Assembly (NCBI GenBank): GCA_964291655.2
Contig: OZ219802.1
Span: forward strand, 1,760,001-1,824,000
DNA: 64,000 nt
From: Chloroflexota bacterium
GTDB lineage: Bacteria > Chloroflexota > UBA11872 > VXOZ01
Reading direction: 5' to 3'
A program made the translations under genes and the position numbers. How positions within the stretch are numbered: position 1 is the stretch's first letter; the number at the start of each line of letters is the position of its first letter. The notes under the pieces were generated by a model. It made no database searches, had not been told where the DNA came from, and worked only from the letters and a program-made list of their open reading frames with translations. This document shows positions 10,066 through 19,466 of the stretch, in pieces.

Positions 10066-11252
10066 CAAAGATTTCCTCCGATGTGCCCGCGTGTCCAAAG
10101 TTCACCAAGACGGTACTTTTCCAGCCAGACCTTGAGATCGTCTGCATCGAGACGCCGGAGTTGCGTTGATCCGTTGACTTTCTCGCAAATCACGACCGCC
10201 TCCGGTGTTTCAGATAGCGCATCCACGAGGATATCGGAGTGGGTTGTGACGATTATCTGGCTGTGTTTCGATGCTTCCACGAGGAGACTTGCTAACCCTG
10301 GAATTACATCGGGATGCAGTCCCGTTTCCGGTTCTTCGATGCAAATCACCGATGGCTTCTGAGGATGGCAAAGCACAGTGAGCAGACAGAGATAGCGCAG
10401 AGTGCCATCGGATAGTCTTGTTGAAGTCACAGGTTGATGTAATCCTTCCTCGTGGAAGGATAATTGAATACTACCTCCAAGCACGGTAGCAAGAATGTCC
10501 TGTACTGAGGGATAGAATTCTTGAAGATGGTCTAGCATTCTTGCCTTAATGGTCGGTTGATTCAGCAGATAGCTCAATACCACGGCGAGATTTGAGCCAT
10601 CTTCCAACAGGTAATCTTGGATATGATCAACTCGCTGAGGCCGCCGCAACGGCGTGCCATGCCCGATTTGAAACTCGCGATAGAAATGCATTTCCTCGAA
10701 CGTCTGCGTTAGTAACTCCAACTCATTGTAAGAGCCCGGATTTCGCAGTTGCGACAGGATAGACTGGCTGAATTTGACAGTGCCCCGTTCCAGATGTCGT
10801 ACTGATGAAGGTCTCCTGCCAGCCCTCACTACGGGCTCGCCGCCTCGATATTGGTAATAGAAGACCGGGCTCTCGTCTGGAGAATTTGCGTGCTCGTCTT
10901 CTACAACCTCGTCCATGAGCCTGAAGCGAGCAAACAATTCGCTAAACGACAGTCGATACCTAAGTGGAATCTCGTTCAGCATGTTTTCGACAATAACATC
11001 TAGAGTCGCCATGGGAACGTCCTGCGACCCTTTCCACAGCCACTCAACTGTACCGCCTCCCTCACGAAGCGGTGTCTGCACATCCCTTGGCGTCGCTGCT
11101 AAGATTGTCAAGGCCTCAATGAAATTGGACTTCCCTGAAGCGTTTGGCCCTATCAGGACATTCAAAGGTTCCAGGTCAAGCGGAGGCGTGGAAGGCCCAA
11201 AGGAGAGGATGTTCTCAAATTGGACCCTCCGTATAAGCCTCTTGCCGTCCAT
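10062..11252 (-). CDS. AAA_15/AAA_21 ABC-type ATPase
   Basis: Start MDGKRL after GGGAGG; Walker A GPNASGKSN, signature LSDGT, Walker B IEEPETGLHP, TTHS. Confidence 0.9.
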   Translation of the reverse strand: MDGKRLIRRVQFENILSFGPSTPPLDLEPLNVLIGPNASGKSNFIEALTILAATPRDVQTPLREGGGTVEWLWKGSQDVPMATLDVIVENMLNEIPLRYRLSFSELFARFRLMDEVVEDEHANSPDESPVFYYQYRGGEPVVRAGRRPSSVRHLERGTVKFSQSILSQLRNPGSYNELELLTQTFEEMHFYREFQIGHGTPLRRPQRVDHIQDYLLEDGSNLAVVLSYLLNQPTIKARMLDHLQEFYPSVQDILATVLGGSIQLSFHEEGLHQPVTSTRLSDGTLRYLCLLTVLCHPQKPSVICIEEPETGLHPDVIPGLASLLVEASKHSQIIVTTHSDILVDALSETPEAVVICEKVNGSTQLRRLDADDLKVWLEKYRLGELWTRGHIGGNLW

Positions 11253-11641
11253 CGTACTATCCTCCCTCTGTATCTTCCCCCTAAAAAGATACCAAAAGTG
11301 TGCGCAAGGCGTGTGCTGGAACGCTTTCGCGACACTTCCACCCCGGAATGGCAAACTACAGCGGATGCAGGCGCAATTCTTCACCTCTCGGGAATTGCCA
11401 CAAGTAGACTCGAACAGTTCGACTGACCTTGCCAATCTTCCGCATGGCCTCTGCAAGACCATTCACCGTAGCGTGACCAGTTGTGGAAGACTTGCGGCAA
11501 CATTGCAGCACACAATGAAAACGAAAGGAAGCCTCTTGGTGGTATCATTCCACAAGAAGAACATTAGTTTCTCACTTTGCCTAACTGGGCAGCATCAATT
11601 TACTGGAGCATGCTAACAAAGCGTTAGGAGGCAATTCTCTC

Positions 11642-12649
11642 ATGGCAGCGCAACAGGATCCGGTTCGGTTCGGCATTATTGGTCTCGGCGTGGGCAAGTC
11701 GCGGGTGAAGCAGGCGGCGACCACGGCGGGGGCGGAGCTGGTGGCGGTGTGCGACCTGCAGGAAGAGCTGGCACAGGCGCAGGCGGCGGAGTACGGGTGC
11801 GACTGGCACACCGACCACCGCGCCTTGCTGGAGCGGCAGGACATCGACGCCGTGGGCATCTTCACGCCCAGCGGCACCCATGGCGACCTGGCGATCGAGA
11901 GTCTTCAGGCGGGCAAGCACACGTTTACGACCAAGCCGATGGACGTCACCACGGCGAAGATCGACCAGGTGCTGGCCGCCGCAGAGGAGAGCGGTCAGTT
12001 GCTGGCGGTGGACTTTCAACGCCGCTACGAACTGAGCACGCGCCTGATTAAGCAGGCGATAGACGCGGGACGGCTCGGCCGCCCGATCTTTGGCGACTTC
12101 CGGCTGAAGTGGTACCGCGCCGACAGTTACTTTGCCGGCGGGAATCCACCCGGGTGGCGCGGCACGTGGCAGTACGACGGCGGCGGTTCGGCAGCCAACC
12201 AGGGCATCCACGGCATCGATCAGACACTCTGGTTCATGGGGCCGGTGCAGAGTGTGCGGGCGCGCATCAACGTCTTCAATCACGACATCGAGACCGAAGA
12301 CGCCTTGGAGGCGCTGGTCACCTATGCGTCCGGCGCGTGGGGCATCATACAGACCACGACCACCGTCTACGGCGGCCTGGGGCACGAGCATGAGATTCAC
12401 GGCACCGACGGCACCATCCAGATGCGGCAAGAGGACATTACAACGTGGGCTTTTGTCGATGACCCCGACGGCGGCCTGCCAGATCCGGCGGAGCTTCCGC
12501 CCGGGCCCAAGAACATTATCGAGGACATGATCGGCGCATTGCGCGACGGCAAGCCGGTCGCGTGCACCGGGCCTGAAGGGCGTCGCTCAGTGGAATTGCT
12601 GGAAGCCATGTACACGTCGGCGCGCGAGGACCGGGAAGTTACGCTGTAG
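11642..12649 (+). CDS. Gfo/Idh/MocA family oxidoreductase
   Basis: FGIIGLG, TPSGTH, TKPM, WRGTW..DGGG, NQGIHGID; AGGAGG RBS. Confidence 0.9.
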   Translation: MAAQQDPVRFGIIGLGVGKSRVKQAATTAGAELVAVCDLQEELAQAQAAEYGCDWHTDHRALLERQDIDAVGIFTPSGTHGDLAIESLQAGKHTFTTKPMDVTTAKIDQVLAAAEESGQLLAVDFQRRYELSTRLIKQAIDAGRLGRPIFGDFRLKWYRADSYFAGGNPPGWRGTWQYDGGGSAANQGIHGIDQTLWFMGPVQSVRARINVFNHDIETEDALEALVTYASGAWGIIQTTTTVYGGLGHEHEIHGTDGTIQMRQEDITTWAFVDDPDGGLPDPAELPPGPKNIIEDMIGALRDGKPVACTGPEGRRSVELLEAMYTSAREDREVTL

Positions 12650-12773
12650 CGCGAACTCACGGCTCTGTGCCTTCCGCTGCCAGTCTCAACGGCCTCCGTA
12701 TTCCAATTATGGCCTCCTGACCGCCACCGCAGCCGTTCCTGCGGTCAAAGCGCACGTCCCAGGAGGATGATGC

Positions 12774-14198
12774 TCACACATTCAGGGGAAGCCGCATAGT
12801 AACGGTGACGCCTTGTTCCAGCCCGTCGCTGGCTACGTCAACTGTACCCCCGTGCGCTGCAACGATTGCTTGGGTGATGGCCAAACCCAGACCCGTGCCG
12901 CCTATGCCGCGACTGCGAGACTGGTCGGTGCGGTAGAAGCGGTCAAAGACATGGGGCAGGTCCGCGACGTCGATGCCGATCCCGTCATCGGTGATTGAGA
13001 TTGCCAACGCCTCAGCCGCCGCCGTACCCGCTGCGGGGTCGCCTTCCAACCCCGCCCTGAGCACGATGCTCCCGCCGGCCTCGGTTGCATTGATAGCGTT
13101 GCTTATGACGTTTCCCAATGCCTGGCTCATTCGCATCCGGTCGAGGTTTACGTCAGGGAGGCCAGCGGATGCTTGTAGCGACAATTCGACCTGTTCCGCC
13201 TGGCATTGCGGCTGCCAGCGATCGGCCTCTGCGGTGAGCAGTTCATCAACCGAACTTGATTCGAGCGTGAGCCGCAACTCTCCATAGTCCGTCTCCGCAA
13301 GCCAATTCAGATCCGTTACGAGACCGCGCAGCCTGCTCACTTCCTGGATGATGTGATCGGAGGCGTCCTCAGGCGTCTGCAGTCCGTCGCGCAGCCCTTG
13401 CGCTTCCAGTTGTATGACGCTCAGCGGCGTATTCAGCTCATGGGAAACGTCGTTTATCAGCCGCCGGCGGAGTTCGCGCTGGGTTTCCAAGGTGGTGATC
13501 ATCCGGTTGAATGCCGTGCTCATCCGGCCCAGCTCGTCCGAGGACGTGACAGGCAGTTGGGTCGTATCCCCTTGGGCGATTGCCTGAGTTGCCTCGGTCA
13601 GGGCCGTCACCGGCGCCGTGATCCGCTTGGATAACCAGGCGGCCAGCAGCATGGCGACGCCGGCCGTCAGTGTGCCGCCTATCAGGGTGATGTACAGGAG
13701 CGTGTTGAGAAACCCAAGCGACTCGGTCGCGAGCAACTCCTGGTTTACGTCCACGTAGACGTGGCCTACAGGCCGGTTCGCAGTAAGATCGAACACCGTC
13801 TCGCGATGCCCGCCCAGATCGGGCGCCGCGGTCCCAGGTGACAGGTCGGACAAATTGTCCTGCACCACACGTCCGTCGCTGCCGACGATGACCACTCGTA
13901 CCTGGTCTCTGTGGAAAAGTTCCGAGGACTCCTCTTGCCCGTGCCCCTCACTCTCCCGGCCTCCAGTGTAGATGAACCCGGCCTCGGACAGCACTCTGTC
14001 CACGGTTTCCCACCCACCGGCAGCGGTATACTCCCGGCTCAGATTCCGGGCTAACTGGGTCGCCTCGTCACCGCCTATCCTTTCCACGAACACACCCAGG
14101 CGGGATTGTGTCGCGTAATAGCCTACGCTAACACTGATCAAGACGGTGAGGACGACGACAAGGACGGTCGCGCCCATGATGCGCCAGCGCAGCGGCAT
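12774..14198 (-). CDS. HAMP-domain sensor histidine kinase (BaeS/CusS-like)
   Basis: Two TMs, HAMP, H-box DVSHELNTPL, N-box NVISNA, DDGIGI, FDRFYR, GTGLGL. Confidence 0.93.
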   Translation of the reverse strand: MPLRWRIMGATVLVVVLTVLISVSVGYYATQSRLGVFVERIGGDEATQLARNLSREYTAAGGWETVDRVLSEAGFIYTGGRESEGHGQEESSELFHRDQVRVVIVGSDGRVVQDNLSDLSPGTAAPDLGGHRETVFDLTANRPVGHVYVDVNQELLATESLGFLNTLLYITLIGGTLTAGVAMLLAAWLSKRITAPVTALTEATQAIAQGDTTQLPVTSSDELGRMSTAFNRMITTLETQRELRRRLINDVSHELNTPLSVIQLEAQGLRDGLQTPEDASDHIIQEVSRLRGLVTDLNWLAETDYGELRLTLESSSVDELLTAEADRWQPQCQAEQVELSLQASAGLPDVNLDRMRMSQALGNVISNAINATEAGGSIVLRAGLEGDPAAGTAAAEALAISITDDGIGIDVADLPHVFDRFYRTDQSRSRGIGGTGLGLAITQAIVAAHGGTVDVASDGLEQGVTVTMRLPLNV

Positions 14199-14875
14199 TA
14201 TTCGTCCTCCACCACGAACCGATAGCCGGCGCCGTAAACCGTTTGAATGGGTTGCCTGCCATTGCGGTTGATCTGCTTGCGCAGGCGGGCGACCTGGTTG
14301 TCGATGGCGCGGTCGAATCCATCGAATTCGTCACTGAACGCCAACTCGATGAGTTGATCGCGGCTGAGCACCTGGTTGGGATGACGCATGAACGTTGCGA
14401 GCAGAGCGATCTGTGCCTGGCTCAGCGTCACCGGTTCTCCACTGACCGTCACGCTCCGGTCGGTCTCATTGAGCGTAATGGCGCCGCGTGTGAGAATCTG
14501 CTGGACTTTGCCCTTGACGCGGCGCAGCACGGCGTCGGCGCGCGCAATCACTTCCTCCGGATCGAAAGGCTTGACGATGTAATCGTCAGCACCGCTATCC
14601 AGTCCGCCGATGCGCTCGGCAGGAGCTTCTCTGGCGGTCAACATGATGATGGGTACATCCGACTCGCGACGTAGGATCTTGCAAAGTTCCACACCGTCGA
14701 GCCGGGGAAGCATGAGGTCGAGGATTATCAGGTCCGGGATCAGATTCCGGGCCAGCGCCAGACCGGATTCACCGTCGTGCGTAACCTCAGCGGAGAAACC
14801 GGCACGCTCGAAATACACTTTGACCCAATTTGCGATTCTGGTATCGTCTTCGACTATTAGTACTGTGCCGCGCAT
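14198..14875 (-). CDS. OmpR-family response regulator
   Basis: IVEDD, LDLMLP, MLTA, GADDYIVKPF, winged-helix end IQTVYGAGY; coupled to kinase start. Confidence 0.95.
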   Translation of the reverse strand: MRGTVLIVEDDTRIANWVKVYFERAGFSAEVTHDGESGLALARNLIPDLIILDLMLPRLDGVELCKILRRESDVPIIMLTAREAPAERIGGLDSGADDYIVKPFDPEEVIARADAVLRRVKGKVQQILTRGAITLNETDRSVTVSGEPVTLSQAQIALLATFMRHPNQVLSRDQLIELAFSDEFDGFDRAIDNQVARLRKQINRNGRQPIQTVYGAGYRFVVEDE

Positions 14876-15002
14876 TGCCAGCCTTCTCGGAAACTACCTC
14901 AGGACGCGACGCCTCCGGAGAGGCATCGCGTCCCTTTGTGCGGTTCAATTATCTCACGTGCAGTGGGGTTGCGACATCTTCATGAAATGATGTCACTTCG
15001 TC

Positions 15003-16442
15003 CTAGCCGCCGCCACTCTGCTCACCGCCGGAGCCGTGTTCGCCGCCGGACTCGCCACCGCCACCACTGCCGCCATGCTCACCACTGCCTTCACCGCCGC
15101 CGCTGCCAACCTCGGCATGGGCCACCCAGCCGGTGAACGCTGCGGCCGTCGAGGGCAGATTGACATCTAGCTTCTCGCCGGGAGCCAGATCCACCGGAGT
15201 GGTCGGACCAAGCTCTGCCCCGTTCGAGAGATGCACTTCAATCCGCACCTGGCGCAAGATGTTGTTGGTCGTGTTCTCCACAGTGCCCTTGAAGGCATTG
15301 CTGCCAGCGTCGTAGCTCAAGATCAGCCGGGCGCCGCTGCGCACCATGTCGAAGGTCTCGTCCGGCGCCAGTTGGTTGGCAGTGGCTTCTTCACCGCCGC
15401 CAGAGCCTTCGCCGCCTTCGCTACCAGAACCTTCGCCGCCGCTGCCTTCAGCGCCCTCGCCTCCGGTGTGAGGCGCAGGACCCGTACCGCCACAGTCGAA
15501 CACTTCCATGTGAATGACGTAGCCGTCGAAGGCAACTCCTGCGAGCTGCGGTTCACTCGAGACTGCAATGCTGGACGTTGCTTGCTGTCCGGGGCTCAGG
15601 TGCCCCAGCATGTCGGGGCCAAGTTCCCCTACGGTCTGCGTCCCTGACTTCAGGTGAGGCTCGGCCTGCACGTAGCAGAGCACCTCCTGAAGTGTGTTCT
15701 GCACCGTGGTGTGGACAGTCCGGGTCGCCGCATCGTACCGCGCGAAGACAACTAGCCCACCAAGTTCACCATTCCACGTCTGATCGAGAGGCGTGATGGG
15801 GCTGGACATGGCAGCTTCCATCGCGGCTTCATTGCTGCTCTCTTTGCCTTCGGGACCATCCGGTCCACTCTCGCCGCCGCTGCCTTCACCGCCGGACTGG
15901 CTGCCCTCGCCACCGCTGCCAACCTCGGCATGGGCCACCCAGGTCGTGAACGCTGCGGCCGTCGAGGGTAGATTGATGTCTACCTTCCCGCCGGGAGCCA
16001 AATCCACCGGAGTGGTCGGTCCAAGCTCTGCCCCGTTCGAGAGGTGCACTTCAATCCGCACCTGGCGCAAGACGTTGTTGGTCGTGTTCTCCACGGTGCC
16101 CGTGAAAGCATTGCTGCCGGCGTCGTAGCTTAAGATCAGCCGGGCGCCGTTGCGCACCATGTCGAAGGTCTCATCCGCCGCCAGTTGGTTGGCTGTGGCT
16201 TCTTCGCCGCCGCCGGCGCCTTCGCCACCTTGGCCTTCAGTGCCTTCTCCGCCGCTATGCTCACCACCGGATTCGCCGCCGCTCCCTTCGGAGGCCTCCT
16301 GGCTTACCGTTGCGCTGCCGGAACCTTGGCCGTCGAGAACCCCGGAGATGGGCCCACAGCCGACCAGCGTCCCCCCGCCGATTAGGGCCGCCAAAAGCGG
16401 CCCAATCAGCAATGTCTTCTTCGTCAGCTTCTTGCCATTCAT
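15003..16442 (-). CDS. putative lipoprotein with duplicated FxLYD-like Ig domains and Gly/Glu/Ser/His linkers
   Basis: Basic N-terminus, hydrophobic stretch and LVGC lipobox; two near-identical ~100-aa domains and one diverged central copy; AAGGAG RBS. Confidence 0.7.
   Translation of the reverse strand: MNGKKLTKKTLLIGPLLAALIGGGTLVGCGPISGVLDGQGSGSATVSQEASEGSGGESGGEHSGGEGTEGQGGEGAGGGEEATANQLAADETFDMVRNGARLILSYDAGSNAFTGTVENTTNNVLRQVRIEVHLSNGAELGPTTPVDLAPGGKVDINLPSTAAAFTTWVAHAEVGSGGEGSQSGGEGSGGESGPDGPEGKESSNEAAMEAAMSSPITPLDQTWNGELGGLVVFARYDAATRTVHTTVQNTLQEVLCYVQAEPHLKSGTQTVGELGPDMLGHLSPGQQATSSIAVSSEPQLAGVAFDGYVIHMEVFDCGGTGPAPHTGGEGAEGSGGEGSGSEGGEGSGGGEEATANQLAPDETFDMVRSGARLILSYDAGSNAFKGTVENTTNNILRQVRIEVHLSNGAELGPTTPVDLAPGEKLDVNLPSTAAAFTGWVAHAEVGSGGGEGSGEHGGSGGGGESGGEHGSGGEQSGGG
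15095..16215. repeat. intragenic ~300-bp direct repeat (about 15095-15400 and 15905-16215)
   Basis: Both copies encode EEATANQLA.DETFDMVR.GARLILSYDAGSNAF..WVAHAEVGSGG. Confidence 0.9.
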
Positions 16443-16533
16443 CTTTTCACTCCTTTCGTGAAGCTCTTGTGACACTGCTCACGATAGCAATGAAATGTCG
16501 CAGAAATATGTCACCGGCAGACTGGATTGGCAA

Positions 16534-16745
16534 ATGAAGAAAGTCGACAGGTTCAGAAGGGAAAACCAATCGCTGAGGGATCGAGGTCGAGCGCTGCCAG
16601 CGTCCGCATCACTTGTGAATCCTGGTATCGATACCGTCCTGCACGGGGTTCGCGGACAGCGCCCGCCCGCTGACCGGCGTGCTTCCGAATGGCGTGGTCC
16701 CGGCGTGCGACGGCCCAGAATGCGATCAGGGCTTCATCTGTGCAT
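16534..16745 (+). pseudogene. frameshifted remnant of a GAF-domain sensor kinase N-terminus
   Basis: Pieces across frames: MKKVDRFRRENQSLRDR / SAASVRIT / IDTVLHGV / ADSARPLTG..GVV, resembling the SLDLDTVL..DSARALTGARYG GAF entry. Confidence 0.4.
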
Positions 16746-16905
16746 TCTGGAGCGAGATCGCGCAGCGGAGAATTCGCAGCACCGTACGCTCAGGGCATTC
16801 AGGATGCGCGCGAAATTACTCTTCGGCGCTGCCCTGCGGCACGGCGGGCAACATGGTACCATTGCGGCCAGAAACCATACGTCGGCTAATAAGGATGGGT
16901 ATGCT

Positions 16906-17742
16906 ATGGCGTTCCGGTATGCGTTCTGCAATGAGGCTTTTGAGGACTGGGAATTCGGGCGAATCTGTGACTATCTGGCGGAGCATGGGTATCAGGGGGT
17001 CGAAGCCGCGCCGTTTACGTTTGAACAGTCAGTCTTCGACATTACTCCGGAACAACGGACGGGCGCCCGGGAGGCCGCGGCAAACGCCGGGCTTGAGATC
17101 GTGGGTCTGCACTGGCTGCTCGTTGGGCCGGACGGTCTGCATCTCACGCACCCTGACCAGGCGGTCCGGCAGCGCACGATTGACTACCTGCGAGGGCTGA
17201 TCGCTCTCGGCCACGACATGAACGCGCCGTACCTAGTTTTCGGCTCGCCCAACCAACGCAACTTGCCGGAGGGCGTGAGCCACGAGCAGGGCATGGCGTA
17301 TGCCACGGATGTCTTTCAAAGCGTCTGCGACGAGGCGCAACAGGCCGGAACCGTGATTGCCATCGAGCCGCTGGCGCCGCCGCTGTGCCAGTTCATCACC
17401 ACCGCGGCGGAAGGCGCGGACCTGGTGCGCCGCGTCAACCATCCCGCCTTCAAGCTGCATCTCGACGTGAAAGCGATGGAGACAGCGGAAGCAGCGCCAT
17501 CTGCCGACATCATCCGCGCGCACGTGGGAGAATTCCCTCACTTTCACGCCAATGACTTCAATCTGAAAGCGCCCAGCTTCGGCGATACCGACTTCATTCC
17601 CATCATGCAAGCGTTGCACGATACCGGCTACGACGGCTACGTCTCAATCGAAATCTTCGAGTTCGAGCCGCACGCCTCCGTGCAAGCGCGCGAAGGCATT
17701 CGCTACTTGCAAGACTGCGCGGCGCAGGTTGAGAATTCCTAA
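16906..17742 (+). CDS. sugar phosphate isomerase/epimerase (xylose isomerase-like TIM barrel)
   Basis: Start MAFRYAFCNE; GYQGVEAAP, IAIEPL, LHLDVKAM, HFHAND, GYVSIE. Confidence 0.88.
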   Translation: MAFRYAFCNEAFEDWEFGRICDYLAEHGYQGVEAAPFTFEQSVFDITPEQRTGAREAAANAGLEIVGLHWLLVGPDGLHLTHPDQAVRQRTIDYLRGLIALGHDMNAPYLVFGSPNQRNLPEGVSHEQGMAYATDVFQSVCDEAQQAGTVIAIEPLAPPLCQFITTAAEGADLVRRVNHPAFKLHLDVKAMETAEAAPSADIIRAHVGEFPHFHANDFNLKAPSFGDTDFIPIMQALHDTGYDGYVSIEIFEFEPHASVQAREGIRYLQDCAAQVENS

Positions 17743-18045
17743 ACCCTGACGCCGTCACACCGGAAGTCGATGCTCCATCGCCGTATGCCGCCACGTCCGG
17801 TTCGCGCTCCGATACGGAGACGTTGAAATTATTTAGGCGACTTTCGTGGCGCTGCCAATTCTTCCAACTCGGGCCGCGACCCTGCGGCAAGCTCACCACG
17901 GGCACGCTTCGCATGAAGGTCCCATTCAGCCATTACAGCATTACGATCCGTTCGTGCTGAGGCGGCTACACTGACTTCGTCAATGACGCCCAGTCACCTG
18001 TCGAAGCACCAACGAGTTGGGACCAAGAGCGACAAAGACCCTATC

Positions 18046-19176
18046 TCACCGCGCGGTTGCGCCGACCGGTTGCAGCACCTCCTGGAGGCGGGCGATCACT
18101 GTGGGCACGTCCTCGGGGCGCAGCGTTATGGGATCGATGAAGAGGAATCCTTCCTCGGCGTAGTGGTCGCGCGTGTAAATGGGCGGGCTGCCGGCTTCGA
18201 GTGCCTGGCACACGGCCACGGCATCCATACCCGCGAACTCCGGATCGACCACGATCTTGGTGCGGGTCTGCGGATTACCGGTGACGTCCCGCTCGGCAAA
18301 GACGTTCGCACCGGGGATGTCCTGCAGCGCCGCCACCATCACGTCAACTTTGGCGTTCTGCTCGGCTTCCCAGGCGGCAAAGTCGAGATTCGCGAGCCAC
18401 TCCATGCGCTCGATGACGCTCACCACACCCTCTTTCGAAGGCTTCATCGCGCGGCCGATGCCCTTGCCGTTCATTGCTGCGGCTTCCACGATAGCGCGCT
18501 TGCCGGCGATCACGCCTGAGGTAAAGCCGCAGAGGTGCTTGTGACCGCTAAAACAGACGGCGTCCGCGCCTTCGTCAAGCAAGCAGTGCGCGAACAGCGC
18601 GCCGGCGGCGGCGTCAACAATGACGGGAATGTTGTGGCGGTGGGCAATCTCGGCAAAAGCCGGCAGCGAGAGCGCCCCGCTGGTGGCGGTCATGTGGGAA
18701 ACGACGTAGAGAGCCGCAGCGGTGTGATCCGTGATGGCGTACTCCATTTGTTCGGGTAGCGCGCGGTTGGCCTCGCCAAACTCCACGGCCTTGGCGCCGC
18801 TGAGGTGGACCATCTGCGTTACCGGCGCGCCAAACCCAACCGTGTGCCGTTTCTGAATGATGACCTCGTTCTCCATGCGGCTGGTATCGGGCAAAGCCAG
18901 CACTTTGCCGAGGTGCGTGCCCGTCATGGCTCCCGCGCAGAGGACGGTGATGGCCGATGCCGCGCAGTGTGTCACCGTGCCCGCTTCCGCGCCGGTAGCA
19001 TGGGCAATCGCAGAATCGGCAGCCGCCAGCAACTCCGTCATGCGCGCGAATTCCGGCGCCGCTTCGACCACCCGTTCCACCACTTCCGGCGGCACCGCGG
19101 ACGCGCCCAGGGTTGTCTGGGTACCGGCGGTGTTGATAATCGGCGTCAAGCCGTAACGTTCGTGATATTTGGACAT
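18046..19176 (-). CDS. SelA-like PLP-dependent enzyme (DgaE-type ammonia lyase family)
   Basis: IINTAGTQTTLG, VIVDAA, PLP lysine in FSGHK, GIGRAMK.SKE; AGAGGAG RBS. Confidence 0.8.
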   Translation of the reverse strand: MSKYHERYGLTPIINTAGTQTTLGASAVPPEVVERVVEAAPEFARMTELLAAADSAIAHATGAEAGTVTHCAASAITVLCAGAMTGTHLGKVLALPDTSRMENEVIIQKRHTVGFGAPVTQMVHLSGAKAVEFGEANRALPEQMEYAITDHTAAALYVVSHMTATSGALSLPAFAEIAHRHNIPVIVDAAAGALFAHCLLDEGADAVCFSGHKHLCGFTSGVIAGKRAIVEAAAMNGKGIGRAMKPSKEGVVSVIERMEWLANLDFAAWEAEQNAKVDVMVAALQDIPGANVFAERDVTGNPQTRTKIVVDPEFAGMDAVAVCQALEAGSPPIYTRDHYAEEGFLFIDPITLRPEDVPTVIARLQEVLQPVGATAR

Positions 19177-19466
19177 GAGGGACAGTCTCCTCTCCTCTGC
19201 TTTTTCGGATTTGGTCGAGAGCCCAGAATTCAACACTTCCCTTAAAGTGCGTAGGGGCACGGCATGCCGTGCCCCTACATTCTATCTTGCTATCAGCGAA
19301 AACTCTCACAATAGTCACGCACGAGGGCAAGAATCCTCGCGTCTGGGTCTCGAAGCCCCCTCTCCCTCGACGGGAGAGGGTTGGGGTGAGGGTGAATGTT
19401 GCTAGTCAGGCAAACCTGCCCAAAGAACACTGTGGCGCATTCACGCTAGCCCACCTTAACTTCAAC

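Noticed and set aside
18046-19176. Selenocysteine synthase selA
   Set aside because: Shorter, lacks the SelA N-terminal domain, and no selB/selC/selD nearby
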